This document shows, one piece after another, positions 20,975 through 36,104 of a stretch of 64,000 nt of DNA (position 1 is its first letter; every line of letters starts with the position of its first letter). Under the pieces are notes generated by a model that did not search any database, was not told the origin of the DNA, and worked only from the letters and a program-made list of their open reading frames with translations. This stretch comes from Nitrospirota bacterium. GTDB taxonomy: Bacteria; Nitrospirota; JACRHJ01. The translations under genes and the position numbers were made by a program. The stretch spans positions 64,001 through 128,000 of the forward strand of contig CAWJRJ010000011.1 of assembly GCA_963845245.1 (NCBI GenBank), given 5' to 3'.

Positions 20975-21203
20975 CAGGGACCTCCTTCAGATGTCGATTA
21001 GAAACCCGCAAAAGTAGAGGTTACGGGTTTGCCGTCTGGCACCTTTTAATTATTGTTCCTATCTAGATATATAACAGATATGGCGCCCTGCGTCAAACTG
21101 CAGGGAAGCCGCAATGGAGGCTGCCAAAGTCAGGAAGACATGCTGATTTTTGGTGAGATATTGACTACTTTGGCCATGGCAATAGAGCTTTTATCATTAT
21201 AAA

Positions 21204-23051
21204 TCAGTCTAACGGCAGTATCAGTTTGAAGGTGCTCCCTTTCCCGGCTTCGCTTTCCAGTTCGACCCTACCGCCATGCGCCTCGGCTACGGCCTTCACG
21301 ATGGAGAGTCCAAGACCTGTCCCTTTGACACCTGAAGTCTTCGGGGAGCGGTAGTATTTCTCGAAAACCTTATCCTGTTCTTCGGCATGTATGCCTTCTC
21401 CGGTATCCGCTACCGATATCAATATAAAATCGCCCCCCTTTTCACGGATTGGCTCTGCTTTCAGTGTAATCCTGCCTTCGGATTGGGTATAATTTACCGC
21501 ATTCTGGAGTAGGTTGAACACCGCCCTTTGTACCAGTTTCTGGTCGATTTTGACTTTCGGCAGGACATCCGCGATTTCCGTGTTAAAAACAAGGCCCTTT
21601 TCCTGAAAGACCTTTTCAAAACCTGCATACGTTTCTTTAAGAGTCTGGCCAATATCGTATGAAGCGACGTTTAGTGCAAACGCTCCAGCATCCATTTTTG
21701 AAACGGATAAAAAGTCCTCAACCAGGCGAGTCAGCCTCTCTCCACTAGAACGTATTGATTTTATCATGTCCATCGTATCCGCACTAAAAGTGTCAGCCAT
21801 GCCTTCAAGCAAATCCGCATATCCCATTATAGAGATGAGAGGGGACTTCAGGTCATGTGTGAGCATGGCATAAAAATCAGCTTTCTGCTGTTCAAGTTCC
21901 TTTATCTCCGTTATATCTCTTGCCGTTGATAATGACCCGGCAAAGTTGCCCTGCCCATCTTTAAGCACACGGCACCACCATGCGAGAAGGCATTTTTTGC
22001 CGTCACGACGACGCTGCCAGTTTTCAAAATAGACAATATCCTCCAAACCTTTGAAAAGAGGGATCGCTGCCCTTGTTTCCTGTTCACCCTCAAAATAGAA
22101 TGCCGCCTCTTTGCCTAAAACATCATAGCCAAAAAAGTCAAAACCTGCCTGGTTTGTCCAGGTATAGACATCATTTGTATCCACTTCCATGATAATGTCT
22201 GGAACTGCAGCCAGGATTGCCTGCTGGCGTGAAGACATTTTCGTCAACTCCTTTTCCACCTGCTTCTGCTTGTCAAGTGCAGACCTGAGCCTGTCAACCC
22301 CGCTTTTATGCTTTGACGCAAGCCAGCCTAGCAATACGATGGATGCTGTCATACGCAAGATGTGCCAGAACCACCATAGGGCGTCCCAAGGCCTTGAGTA
22401 ATCGAATGTCAGAGATGAGATGCCGAAGAGAAGCGCCAGGCAAGAAAATGTGCAATATTCTGTTTTACCGGAATTGTGAAAATCTATCATAAGGCGGACA
22501 GCGGCTGCGACGAACAACACCCCGGCTATAAAGTTAATCGCTTTTGCCGCTATGGTGAACTCTCCCTGATATAACATTGCAGGGAGTGTTTCTTTGAATG
22601 CGAGTATCCAAGATCCAAGGATTACGGATGCGGACATGACAACCCAGGGTAGCCATTTGGGATGCGGCTCCAGCCTTTTGACTACCGGGAACCAGACAAG
22701 CGCAAAAAAGAATCCGCCCATAAGGCTTGCCAAACTTCGGAGAAGGACAAAGCCGCTGCCTGTCGGGGAGACAGCATGGAAGACGTCAAGCATTCCCATG
22801 CTGAGAAAACCCATAGCAATCATCAGTGTTTTTCCGTCAGCCTCTTCCCATTCTCTAATTAGCAGAAAAAATGACATGATAATTGCTGCAAGCGCGCCGA
22901 AAGCCTCCATTGAGGAATGCACCGGCTCATTGACAAATTGCCAGCCGGGAAAAAGGTTCTGCATTGCCAGCCCCAAAATAAGCGATAACGCGCCAATTAT
23001 TGCCAGCCCGAGGTACTGCGGATTGCGCCAAATTAACAGTCTTGTCTTCAT
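21204..23051 (-). CDS. Membrane sensor histidine kinase (MASE3-like TM domain, PAS, HisKA, HATPase)
   Basis: About 8 TM segments with HSSME and MLDVFH motifs; THDLKSPL; GTGLGL. Confidence 0.88.
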   Translation of the reverse strand: MKTRLLIWRNPQYLGLAIIGALSLILGLAMQNLFPGWQFVNEPVHSSMEAFGALAAIIMSFFLLIREWEEADGKTLMIAMGFLSMGMLDVFHAVSPTGSGFVLLRSLASLMGGFFFALVWFPVVKRLEPHPKWLPWVVMSASVILGSWILAFKETLPAMLYQGEFTIAAKAINFIAGVLFVAAAVRLMIDFHNSGKTEYCTFSCLALLFGISSLTFDYSRPWDALWWFWHILRMTASIVLLGWLASKHKSGVDRLRSALDKQKQVEKELTKMSSRQQAILAAVPDIIMEVDTNDVYTWTNQAGFDFFGYDVLGKEAAFYFEGEQETRAAIPLFKGLEDIVYFENWQRRRDGKKCLLAWWCRVLKDGQGNFAGSLSTARDITEIKELEQQKADFYAMLTHDLKSPLISIMGYADLLEGMADTFSADTMDMIKSIRSSGERLTRLVEDFLSVSKMDAGAFALNVASYDIGQTLKETYAGFEKVFQEKGLVFNTEIADVLPKVKIDQKLVQRAVFNLLQNAVNYTQSEGRITLKAEPIREKGGDFILISVADTGEGIHAEEQDKVFEKYYRSPKTSGVKGTGLGLSIVKAVAEAHGGRVELESEAGKGSTFKLILPLD

Positions 23052-23200
23052 GACTTCTCCGAGTGCCGGGCGGTTATTGCTTTAAGAGTTCATTTATTCT
23101 ATTGCAATAAAATCACGTCTCTCGTAAATAACGCATTCAAATATATCATATCTAATAGCAATATTCCATATTTACCAACCTGCCAATCCAGCAATATGGA

Positions 23201-23365
23201 AAAATAAAAAGGCCGCTTACAGTGATGTAAGCGGCCATTGGTCTTTTGCTCCCCAGAGTGGACGTTTTTAGAACTTTATTGTTAGACCCAACGGGGGAGA
23301 TATTGAGTACTTTTGCAGCCGCAAAAGGCTTTAAGGAATCCGACAAGCAGATACAGATATTTTAA
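23201..23365 (+). repeat. Junction: type-A hairpin, tRNA 3'-end copy and intact coding-like tail
   Basis: Hairpin 23211-23236; 23246-23365 reads LLPRVDVFRTLLLDPTGEILSTFAAAKGFKESDKQIQIF*. Confidence 0.9.
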
Positions 23366-23369
23366 ACCC

Positions 23370-23516
23370 CTATTGCCTCTTCGCCAACTTTTCCGCCATC
23401 TTCCTGATGAATTTTAGCTCCTCAAGGCTCATCATGCGGGCCGCTTCTGTCAGGGCTATTATTTCTATGTCAGTTTGAGATTTAATATTCGCTCCGATGG
23501 TCTTTGGTAGTTCCAT
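23370..23516 (-). CDS. Small hypothetical protein (48 aa), possibly a relic of an element gene
   Basis: GGAGGG RBS; MELPKTIGANIKSQTDIEIIALTEAARMMSLEELKFIRKMAEKLAKRQ. Confidence 0.45.
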   Translation of the reverse strand: MELPKTIGANIKSQTDIEIIALTEAARMMSLEELKFIRKMAEKLAKRQ

Positions 23517-23538
23517 TTCCCCTCCGATTAAACTTAAT

Positions 23539-26500
23539 TCACTTTTTTGCCGCAACCCTGACCTCGGCCATGTGTTCCTGACGGTCGTCAACAAGGGGGA
23601 TAGCCTCACCCTGTTGCAGTATCCCGTCGACCGTCACGCTCGTCTCGCCTTTCTCATCGCGTGTTTGCAGGACGGTGATATGGTAGATAGTTTCCCTGTA
23701 CCGGTAGTGGATCTTGAACGTCTCCCAATCCTCAGGCAGGCATGGCGCGAAGCGCAGCTTGTCCACTTCGAGCCTCAGCCCCAGAAGTGATTCCAGGATA
23801 AGCCGGTACATCCAGCCGGCAGACCCCGTGTACCAGGTCCACCCGCCGCGGCCGATGTGAGGCGAGACTGCGTATACGTCGGCAGCGACAACGTACGGTT
23901 CAACTTTATAGGTCTCCATCTCTTCCCGGGATAACGCATGGTTCACCGGGTTGATCATCGTAAGCAGTTCCCATGCCCGCCTGCTGTCGCCTAATTGAGC
24001 GAAAGGCCATCGCAGCCCAGATTGCGCCATGCGTGTACTGCCCGCCATTCTCCCTCACGCCGGGGACGTACCCCTTTATATAGCCTGGGTTCAGATCCGA
24101 TTTGTCGAACGGCGGGTCAAGCAGCTGGACCAGGCGATGGTCGCGCCTTACCAGGCGCTTGTCCACCGCTTCCATTGCCATAGCCGAACGAGTGGCATCT
24201 CCGGCACCGGAGAGGACGGACCAGCTTTGCGAAATGGAATCAACCTGGCATTCTTCATTACTTGCCGAACCGAGCGGCAAGCCGTTGTCGAAGTAGGCGC
24301 GGCGGTACCAGCCGCCATCCCAGCCGTTCTTCTCGATATTCAGTCTCAGCCGGGCCGCCTCTTCCTGACAGTGTTCTGCAAATGTCAGGTCACCGCGCAG
24401 GCGTGCAATTTTGGCAAACTGCACGAGGACTTCGTAGAGGAAGAACCCAAGCCAGACGCTTTCGCCCTTGCCACCTGCGCCGACCATATTCATGCCGTCA
24501 TTCCAGTCACCCGAGCCGATGAGCGGCAGGCCATGCTCACCAAGGCTGACGCCCTTCATGATAGCCCGTACGCAGTGTTCGTAAAGATTGGCCGATTGTT
24601 CAGACTGTACTGGAAGGTCGTAATACGAGTCCTCGTCCGGGTTTACCTGGCGGCCCTTGATGTACTGGACAGGTTCGTCCAGCACCCCGGTATCCCCGGT
24701 GCCAAGGACGTAGCGGCATGCAGCCAGCGGCAGCCAGAGAAGATCGTCGGAACAGTGCGTGCGGACGCCTTGACCCAACGGAGGATGCCACCAGTGCTGA
24801 ACATCCCCCTCCTGGAACTGACGCGACGCGCACAGGAGCAGGTGTTCGCGCACGAGGCGCGGCTCTGAGTGGATAAGTGCCATCACGTCCTGCAACTGGT
24901 CGCGGAAACCGTAAGCGCCCCCTGACTGGTAGTATCCGCTTCTGGCCCAGAGGCGGCACGCCAGGGTCTGATATATCAGCCAGCCATTGGTCATTATGTT
25001 AACGGACTGGTCGGGCGTCTCCACCTGCACTGCGCCTAAAGTGTGGTTCCAGTGCTGCCAGACCATCTCTAGCGCGTCGCGCGCGGCGGCGGCCCCCCGG
25101 AACCGGAGTACCAGTTTGCTGGTGTCGTCGGCGTCCCGCCCAGCGCCGAGTCTGAAGATGACCTCGCGCTCCTGCCCGTCGGCAAGCTCAAAGGGGACCT
25201 GGATAGCGGCACAGGGGTCCAGGGCGGCCCCTACCCTGCCGGAAAGCCGTGAACGGGCCATCGCCGCCGGATTTTGAAGCGTGCCGTTGCGGCCAAGGAA
25301 CTCCGTCCGGTCGCCGCTCACGGTACGGGTCGCCTCATCCACGTCGAAGAAGGCGGTCCGGTCCGCGAACTTCGTATTATAGGGGTTCCGCGCGAATAGC
25401 GCGCCGCTGCCAGAATCAAGTTCAGTGATCACATGCATTGCCGTTTTTGACCGCAGATCTCCCAGTACCCATTCCACATAACCTGTAGCGGATAACCGGC
25501 GCGGTCTGCCTGACTCGTTTTTCACCTTCAACACCGTAAACTTGACCGATGCGTCCAGGGCCACGTATACCCACATCTCGGTACGTATGCCGTCCTCCAC
25601 GTGCTCAAAGACGCTGTATCCGAAGCCGTGGCGGCTGACGTAATGCATCATCCCACGGCTGGGCAGAGGCGTTGGGGACCAGAAGTGGCCACTCTCTTCG
25701 TCGCGGATGTAAAAAGCCTCTCCGCTGGAATCGCTTACCGGGTCGTTATACCAGGGAGTGAGGCGGAACTCATGGGCATTGTCTATCCAGGTGTAGGCGA
25801 GCCCGCTCTCCGAGATAACGGTCCCGAACTGCGGGTTTGCCAGGACATTCACCCATGGAGCCGGAGTCGCCTGATCGTGCGATGGTTGTAATTACGTATT
25901 CGCGGCCATCAGGCGTGAAACCGCCGAGTCCGTTAGAGAACAACAGGTCGCCGCGAGGCGTCGTAACGGCCGCGTGAGACTCTTTGCGGTAGGCCCGGGT
26001 CGGCGTGAGACGCGGCATGCTTGCCTCAGCGACACCGCGACGGTTAACAGACCAGATGACCTGGTCCACCAGTGTCCCCCGGCTGTCGGTGATGATGGCG
26101 CGGGCTACCGTCTTAAACAAGATGCGGTCCTCGTTCGATATCTGGTCTGCGGGTCTCACAAAAATGCCGCCCGGTTGATCCGCCGCAATCGATTCCAGGC
26201 CTTCGGCGATGAGCCCCAGTATCTGCTCTTGCAGAAGTTGCCTGTAACCGGCATGGTCCTCGTTCCAGATAACCAGGTCCACCGGCAGTCCTTTTAAGCG
26301 CCAGTATGCGTGGGCCCGTACGAGCTGGCGTACCAGTTCGATATTGGCCTGGTCTTCAATCTGCAACAACACGATAGGTAGGTCGCCCGAAATGGAATAG
26401 CCCCATAGACCGGATTGCCCTCTGCGGTTGCTGAGGATGACGCCCGTGTCGGCACGCAGCGAAGAATTGGAATATATCAGCGAACTGGCCAGGCGTCCGT

Positions 26501-29500
26501 AGAGTTGCGCGTCGGTCTCTGTGGCATTGATCTGTCGCAAGAGCACCTGGCTATGCGTCCATGCCAGGTCGAAGACACGGTCCGCGAGAAGCCGGTCCTG
26601 ATATTTCTCGATGAACCCCATACAGGCCTCTCGATTTTCTCCGACGCCGGTGACAATATTTATTGTGGCCGGCTTTTCCGGCTCCAGGGTTATCCTGTAG
26701 CGTACTGCGACAATGGGGTCCAGCACCGAGCCCTGGCTGCCTGAGAGCGCCCCAGAGGGGTTTGCGGTATAGTGCATAGCCTGCGGGTCAGCGACAGTGT
26801 TGCCTCGGCCTATGAACTGCATACGGTCGGTCTCATAGGAAGCCTCCCCGGCATCTGCACCGTGTACTGCCACCAGATGAAACATCCACGGCGCCTGCTC
26901 GTCTGAGGAACGGGGCCTGCGCGTGCAGAGTATGGCTCCCTGCTGGTGAATGATTTCGGTCTGGACAAACAGGTTGCTGAACGCCGGATGCAGTGCGTCC
27001 GATGCCGGAGATGCAAGGACCACTTCCGCGTAACTCGTTATATCTATCTCCCTGCGCGTCTGTGAGCGGTTCGTGATCGTTATCCGGCGCAGTTCGATGT
27101 CATCCTCGGGCGAAACTGTGATCTCCGTATGCATCTCAATATTGTTGTCCGTCCGGCGGAACTCCACTCTTGCTTCAGAAAAAATCGCTTCGTACTTCTT
27201 TTGCCGTTTGAGAGTCGGCTGATATGCGGTTGACCAGAACTCTCCGCTCGCCACGTCGCTGATGTAACAGAACGTGCCCCAATTATCGCAGGTACTGTCT
27301 TCGCGCCAGCGTGTAACCGCTATGTCTTTCCATCTGCTGTAGCCGCCCCCGGCGTTCGTGACCATCACGTGGTACCTGCCGTTAGACAATAGCTGTACCT
27401 CCGGGACCGGCGTGTCGGGACTGCCCAGTACGCGCACCGGCATCTCCTGGCCACCTGATGCAGAACGTATCTCTGACGTTTCGGCGGTGTGCGAATAAAA
27501 CGCCGTGGCCTTTGGCACACGCTCCTGTAGCAGTAGCATGGTTGCCTGGAACTCCGGGTCGGACTCGAACCGCTTCTGCATCTGACCGTCCAGGAGCAGA
27601 CAGGCCAACGAGAGAAGGCTCATTCCCTGGTGATGTGCCATGAAGGACCGGACTACTGCGCTCGACTGTCCGCGCGGCAGGCGGGAAGGAGTGTAGTCTA
27701 TCGCCTCATAGAAGCCATACCGGGTTTCAAGACCTTCTGCCGAGAGCCGTTGCAGGTTCGCGCAGGCCTCCTCGGGCGCCACCATCAGTGCAAGCGCCGA
27801 TGCATAGGGCGCAATGACCAGGTCCCCGGCGAGCCCGCGTTTAAGCCCCAGGTCAGGCACGCCAAACGCGCGGTACTGGTAGCTTAAATGAACATCAATC
27901 GTGTTGTAGCCGGATTCCGAAATACCCCAAGGCACCTTGTGCTTCTTTCCGTATTGAATCTGGCCGGCGACAGCCGCCTTGCAGGTCTGGTCCAGCAGCG
28001 TGTTTTTATACGTCGGCATCACCAAAAGCGGCATCAGATACTCAAACATCGATCCGCTCCATGAAAGCAGGACAGGGTCTCCACCGGTGGTGGTGAGCAG
28101 GCGTCCCAGAGCGAACCAGCTCTCCTGTGGCAGTTGTCCCTGAGCAATCCCTACGAAACAGCACAGCCTGGCTTCAGAGGCCAACAGGTCATAAAAACTC
28201 TCATCCAGCCGCCGCTCCCTGACGTTATACCCGATGGATAATAAATGACGTGCCTTGTCGAACAGAAAGTCATATTCCATGCGGGCGAACTCGCCGGACT
28301 GCAGTGCAAGCCTTTCAATTTCCGCAATCCTCAACTTGGCACGCTGGCCTGCCTCTGCAACAAGCTTTTTAAGCTCATCTGTCGGCAGCAACTCCGCCTC
28401 GATGTTGGACAGTTGGCGCAGAGTCTGGATTTCATGAAGGGCCGGGAACTCCCGGAAGCTATCAGGAGGATCCGGAAGCCTTGTCCATGGAGCGAGAATC
28501 ATCAGTTCATCTAGGGCTGTCTGGCACTGACCGGCGAAGGCACGTGCCCACCACAGGGCTTTGTTATCTATTACGTTACCGGCAGAATCGAGGGCAGCGA
28601 TTATGGCGACCAGTTCCGCAGCGGACGTTGCCAGGTGTTCAAGGCACTGCCGTGCTGCCATAAGAGTATCGGGTGGGTGATTATACGCTGACTCCGTATC
28701 CCTCTGAAGGCGGGCGAGCTGAGTGCCGGAGCGGTTCCTTCCGTGGCGTCCACGAGAATCCGCATGGTATCGCTGAGGCCGTCAAACAGACTCGCTCCCA
28801 GTATCTTCTGGTCGGGAAGCGCCAAAAGACCGGGCCGCAGAGTAAGCAGGCTGCCCGCAAGGTTACCACTGTCCACCGATGAAATGTAGGTGGGCAACAG
28901 CGGCTTTAAAGTTTGCGTATCGTACCAGTTATAAAAGTGGCCCCGGTGTTTTTCCAGGGCTTCCATTGTTTTAAATGCATTTTCGGTGCGTTCGATGAGT
29001 TGTCCGGCTACGATATAGCCAAAATCGTACGCGGATAAATTCGATAACAGCGCAAGCCCCATGTTGGTCGGCGACGTGCGATGGGCAACTACGGGAACGA
29101 GGATGCTCCTGATAGTTATCAGGCGGAAGCCAGTTATCTTCCGGGCCGACGAACGTCTCAAAAAATGCCCATGTCTTTCTGGAAAGCTTCCGGAGAAAAA
29201 TGGTCTGGTCAGCAGTCAGCCTTGCTTCGCGGCGGGCGATCGGCCGGCTGAGCCACCACGCGATAACAGGGGACGAAAACCAGAGACCCAATAGTGGACC
29301 AGCAACTCCAATAGTGGCTGGCCTCGAAAGGGCCAGTTGGACCGCTGCCGCAGTGGCAATTACTGGGGCGATCCACATTGACCGGCAGAAGCCTGCAAGG
29401 CTGGCCTTGCTGGCGCCACCGGTTTCGCTCGATGTACTCCATTCGAGAAGCCGTTTATGCGTGAATAGCATCCGCCACGCGGTGCGCACGATTGCGTCCA

Positions 29501-32279
29501 GACTGTAAAACGCCTCATAAGGCAGGCAGGCGAGCATAAATACAGCCTGGGCAGCGCTTACGCCGGTGGAACGGCCTACGGCAGCAAGATGCTGTCCAAG
29601 GAGCACATCCTTTGGCTTCTGAAGCAGATGCAAATATCGAGGTAATCAAAGAAGGTATCAGGATAATCCCGAACACTGACAAGGTCCAGAACAATGGCGC
29701 CGCCAAGACCGTCCAGCCGAGCAGCAGCAGGATTGTCAGCCCGGCAGGCACGAGACTGCGCCGAAGGTTGTCGAGGAGCTTCCATCGGGACAGCAACGAG
29801 AGCGGGTTCTTTTGAAAGCGGGCAAGGGTGCCCGGAACACCCGGCAGCAGCCATCGTACAAGCTGCCAGTCCCCGCGGATCCAACGATGCCGGCGGCTCA
29901 CATCCGCGCTGTAGCGGGACGGATATTCCTCGTACACCATTACATCGCTCAGAAGCCCCGCCCGCGCGTAACATCCTTCCAGCAGATCGTGGCTAAGGAT
30001 CCGGTTCTCAGGGAAACGCCCACCCAGCGCCATCTCGAATGCGTCAACATCATAGATGCCCTTGCCTATGAACGACCCTTCCTGGAACAGGTCCTGGTAG
30101 ACATCCGATACAACACGCGTATAAGGATCTATCCCCGGTTCACTGCCGAACATGCGCGCATACCGCGACCGGTTCGCACCGGGCAGGCTGACGGCCACAC
30201 GCGGCTGAAGTATGCCATATCCCTCACAGACGCGCTGTTTGTCTTTGTCGTAACGCGCACGGTTCAGAGGGTGCGCCATTGCACCCACAAGCTGCCAGGC
30301 ACTGTCGCGCGGCAGTTGAGTGTCAGTGTCAAGCGTGATCACGTACTTCACACTTGATAATACCGCAGTATCACCGACTATGAGCGAAAAGTGCTCTTTT
30401 GTGGCACCATCTGCTCCGGCGCGCAGTAAAGAGTTTAAGTTCCGAAAGCTTGCCACGCTTGCGCTCGTATCCCATCCAGATACGGTCCTGGGGATTCCAT
30501 AGGCGCGGGCGATGGAAAAGGAAGAACGTATCGCCTTTTGAACTCCCGTACTTTTCATTCAGTTCCTCGATTCTCTGCCGTGGCCAGCAGCAGAAGCGGT
30601 TCGTCCTCGGGCAGCGTTTCGCTGTCCGCGTCCCGAAAATCAGTCAGCAGGCCGAAGTGCAGGTTGTCGTCACGGTTTGCCAGGAACCTGACTTCCAGCG
30701 CCTCGACCAGGTCCTCGATGTTTTGAGCGCTTATGAGCATGGTCGGGACAACTGTCAGAGTCCGCGATTCAGGCGGTATACCTTTGGAGAAATCCATCCG
30801 CGGCAGCGGGTGCGGTGTCGCGAGCAATGTGACCAGCCAGTTCACCAGGGCCACGGACAGGTGACTTGCGCACAGAAGCGAGAGGACACCTGTCAACACG
30901 AGTACCCAGCCATACAGCCCGGCAGCATGTGCCTTAAATAATACGCTCCCCGTGAAGGCCGCTGTAATCAACATAATACTGCCGATATACATCAGCAAAG
31001 GAAACCGTGCGGCCCATTTCCGAAGGGCCTCAAAGACGGATAAGCGTCACTTCTGCCAGTCGCTCAAGCTGCGCCAGTCCATTGCCTATCAAGGTAATAG
31101 CCCACATGTGCCGAGCGGCTGTCGAGGCCTTGTTTGTCGTCTTTGCTGGCCGCGCTTTCATGCGCAAGCCTGATTGCTTCGGCCGCAACCTCGCTCTCCG
31201 ATAACGGGCTTTTCTTTGCTATCTTCTCTACAGCGTGGCGGTAACGGTCACGCGTGGAAAAATCCATCTTGCCGTAGACACCATCGGTGTCCTCACGCAG
31301 GGTCTGTTCGACAATGCTCATCGTCTCGACGAATTCGCGCCAATCCATTGCGCCAAGGAAACGGAGGCTGCCGATACTGTTGCTCATCGAGACTTGATCA
31401 GCGGCCTGTTGTTGGTTCTGCGACTGCACCAGTTGCTTGATTGTCAGGCCGGACTCGGACAGCCGCTGCTCGATCCAGGTAAGAGGCAATGCAAGGGCAG
31501 GGCCCTTGTCCCTGGAGCCGGCGCGTGAGTTCCGCAACAAACGAACTAACCATCGGCGGTTCCGACCGCGCCATGTCGGCAATCACAAGAATCAGGCTCT
31601 TCGGGTCCTTTTCCGCGGTTTCCGTCATCAGGTCAGCCCAGTAATCGGCACTGTTTCGGTCGAGCCTGTCAGTGGCGATCCGGGCCGCAACCCGCCGGAG
31701 GTTCTCGATCAGTGCCAGGCGCAGCATGATGGGGATTGCCCACAACTCGCCTAATTTCAGGCTGGTGACTGTCTGGTAGGCCGTTACAAAACCGCTGAGG
31801 TTCTCCGGGTCTACCCGCCCATCGCCATGTGAAATCGTTTCCAACGCAATGTCGTATACGCGCGGAAGACCGGCCGAAGGACCATTTTGCAGGCGAGGCA
31901 GTTCCCGGCTGTAACCTTTTGGCAAATGCCTTCTCGCCGTGCGAATCTGCTCTTCAATCAGATAGAAGTTGTCGAGCAGCCATTCCCCGGCCGGTGTAAT
32001 GCTGCGGTTTGTCTTGACCGCCTCTGCCAGGAGGTTGCGGGCTTTAAACAGTACGCCTTCGTTCTCGGCCAGCCGGGCCAGCAGCTGTTCCGAAGCATGA
32101 CCCGGGCTCAATTTGTGCGAACCGGCCAATTCCTTGCCATGCTGCTCCATCTGATAGGCGCTGAGCAACTCCGACCGAAGCGGCGGCTCGTCGCCGATGC
32201 ACTTTTGCGCTACGTCGTAACCGCTGAAGCTCGCCCTTAAATTGAGCAGGTACTTGAGAATAGTACTATTCTCCTTCAC
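23539..32279 (-). CDS. ndvB: Cyclic beta-1,2-glucan synthase/phosphorylase (Cgs/NdvB/ChvB; GT84 plus GH94), about 2900 aa, split by about 8 frameshifts
   Basis: EWLLDNFYLIEEQI, LGELWAIPIMLRL, VITLDTDTQL, LSHDLLEG, SWSGSMFEYLMP, YYQSGGAYGFRDQLQD, GSGDWNDGMN, GWTWYTGSAGW. Confidence 0.92.
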
Positions 32280-32450
32280 GATTCATTCCGATCTTTTGTA
32301 ATAGGAGCCTCGCCCTGAAATGTATTTGCGTTTACAACCGGTCTTGGGTAGCTATATCTCCGGCGTGGAGAACAATAAGAAGTATATCAGATGTACTTCG
32401 GTGAGGCCTTGCGCAGGGGAGGAGCTCGGTAGGTATCTCTTGTATGAGAC

Positions 32451-32479
32451 ACTATAGCCTCTTATTCATAGTAAGTCAA
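32451..32479 (-). promoter_or_regulatory. Putative sigma70 promoter for the glucan synthase, implying a leader of about 165 nt
   Basis: Minus strand TTGACT-17 nt-TATAGT. Confidence 0.55.
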
Positions 32480-32686
32480 TGTAAAACGGCTTTAACTATT
32501 TGAAATAACGGGATTTTGAATGTCGTGTGTTCTTTGTGAATTCTCTACCTGCACCTGTACTGTCGGGTTCGGTCATGTTTTACATGCTTTATGGGTGAGT
32601 TTATTTCGCTATGAATTAATGGTATGAACCGCAAGCCCTTGAGTCATTTGATGTGCTGAGGGGTAGGTTTAGGGAAGGTCCGGGAG

Positions 32687-33322
32687 TTATTTAAGAGCGG
32701 GAAACAGATGGACCAGCCCTCCGGCAATGAACTCTACGGAGATGGCCGCCAGCAGCAGTCCCATAAGTCGCGTTGCGATATTGATTGCGGTTTTGCTCAT
32801 TATTTTGCTGAGAGGGTCGGCGACAAGCAGCGCAACCCACGTCAATAATGCTACCAATAAGGTGATAAAAATAATCAAGCCGATATGCAGCGGCTGAAAC
32901 GATGCATGCGAATAGATTATCACCGTTGATATTGCACCCGGCCCGGCCAGAAGCGGCATGGCAATCGGTACAACGGCGATACTCTTCTTATCTTCGGCTT
33001 CCGTGGCCTCTTCTGGCGTCTGCCTGCCCTGAGTATTTTTGGCCTGCATCATGGAGATTGCCATCAGCATTAATAGGATACCGCCACCAACCTTGAACGA
33101 ATCGATGCTGATACCAAAAAAACTCAGTAGTATCGTACCCATAAGGGTAGCTGCAATTAAAATCAGGGCGACTGCTACGCTTGTTGTCTTCGCTATATTA
33201 CTGCGTTCCTGTGCTGACATATTATTGGTAAGGCTGACAAAGACAGGAATCACTCCGATAGGGTTTACTATCGACAGGAGTGCTGTAAATATTTTTATAT
33301 ACACTGTCCAATCGAGCATCAC
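32687..33322 (-). CDS. marC: MarC-family membrane protein
   Basis: IVNPIGVIPVF, FKVGGGILL, VPIAMPLLAGPGAISTVI, RLMGLLLAA. Confidence 0.92.
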   Translation of the reverse strand: MMLDWTVYIKIFTALLSIVNPIGVIPVFVSLTNNMSAQERSNIAKTTSVAVALILIAATLMGTILLSFFGISIDSFKVGGGILLMLMAISMMQAKNTQGRQTPEEATEAEDKKSIAVVPIAMPLLAGPGAISTVIIYSHASFQPLHIGLIIFITLLVALLTWVALLVADPLSKIMSKTAINIATRLMGLLLAAISVEFIAGGLVHLFPALK

Positions 33323-33442
33323 TTGTATCGTCCTTCAGCCCTCACCGTCCGACCAGATTGCAACCGTTGTACTAGTTCCAATTGTATCACACCTTATTAT
33401 TTTATTGCCCCGGCAACTTGACATGCGAATACCCTTGACAAG

Positions 33443-33591
33443 AAAAGGGGTTACGCTGTAAAGCGCAACCCCTTGATTTTTTTTGGCTCCTCCGCGTGGA
33501 CGATATTAGAACTTTATTGCTTGACCCGACAGGGGAGATATTGAGTACGTTTGCAGCCGCAAAAGGCTTTGAGGACGCCGGATTAACTTAA
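33443..33591 (+). repeat. Junction: type-B hairpin (near-copy of the hairpin beside the tRNA), tRNA 3'-end copy and intact tail
   Basis: 33443-33490 nearly equals 37137-37182; 33484-33591 reads WLLRVDDIRTLLLDPTGEILSTFAAAKGFEDAGLT*. Confidence 0.92.
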
Positions 33592-33760
33592 GCGGCTACT
33601 CCAGAACACGTATTTTAACTCCCGCAAAGAGATAAGAAGGCAGGAGTAAAAGCAGGGCCGATACAGGAGGACAGAACTACACTTCTGTGATAATATAAAT
33701 AAATAATCCCCATTACTCTCAAACAATTTAAATAACTTTTATCGCGGCGGCTATTCTTGA

Positions 33761-35986
<2,226 letters not shown>

Positions 35987-36062
35987 TCTTGTGAGTTGGC
36001 AATTAAAGTTGACCCGCGATTGGAGCCCAAACTGCATCACTTTCTGGCGTGCTATTAAAGAC

Positions 36063-36104
36063 AAAGACTTACGGTAACACCCGTAAGCCCTTGATTTTTG
36101 GTAG
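36063..36104. repeat. Variant junction-like hairpin followed by cttgatttttggtag
   Basis: cttacgg-taacac-ccgtaag then cccttgatttttgg, resembling the type-B junction but with a different base run after tgg. Confidence 0.45.

Noticed and set aside
21002..21035. c-di-GMP-I riboswitch upstream of DUF1579 (GGCAAACC on the minus strand)
   Set aside because: It lacks the GAAA tetraloop and the GACGCAAA second-stem features; it is only an imperfect hairpin.
23539..32279. Nine separate genes in the glucan synthase region
   Set aside because: The fragments are collinear pieces of one Cgs/NdvB-like protein.
33685..33720. Fur/PerR box upstream of katG
   Set aside because: AT-rich but without convincing dyad symmetry.
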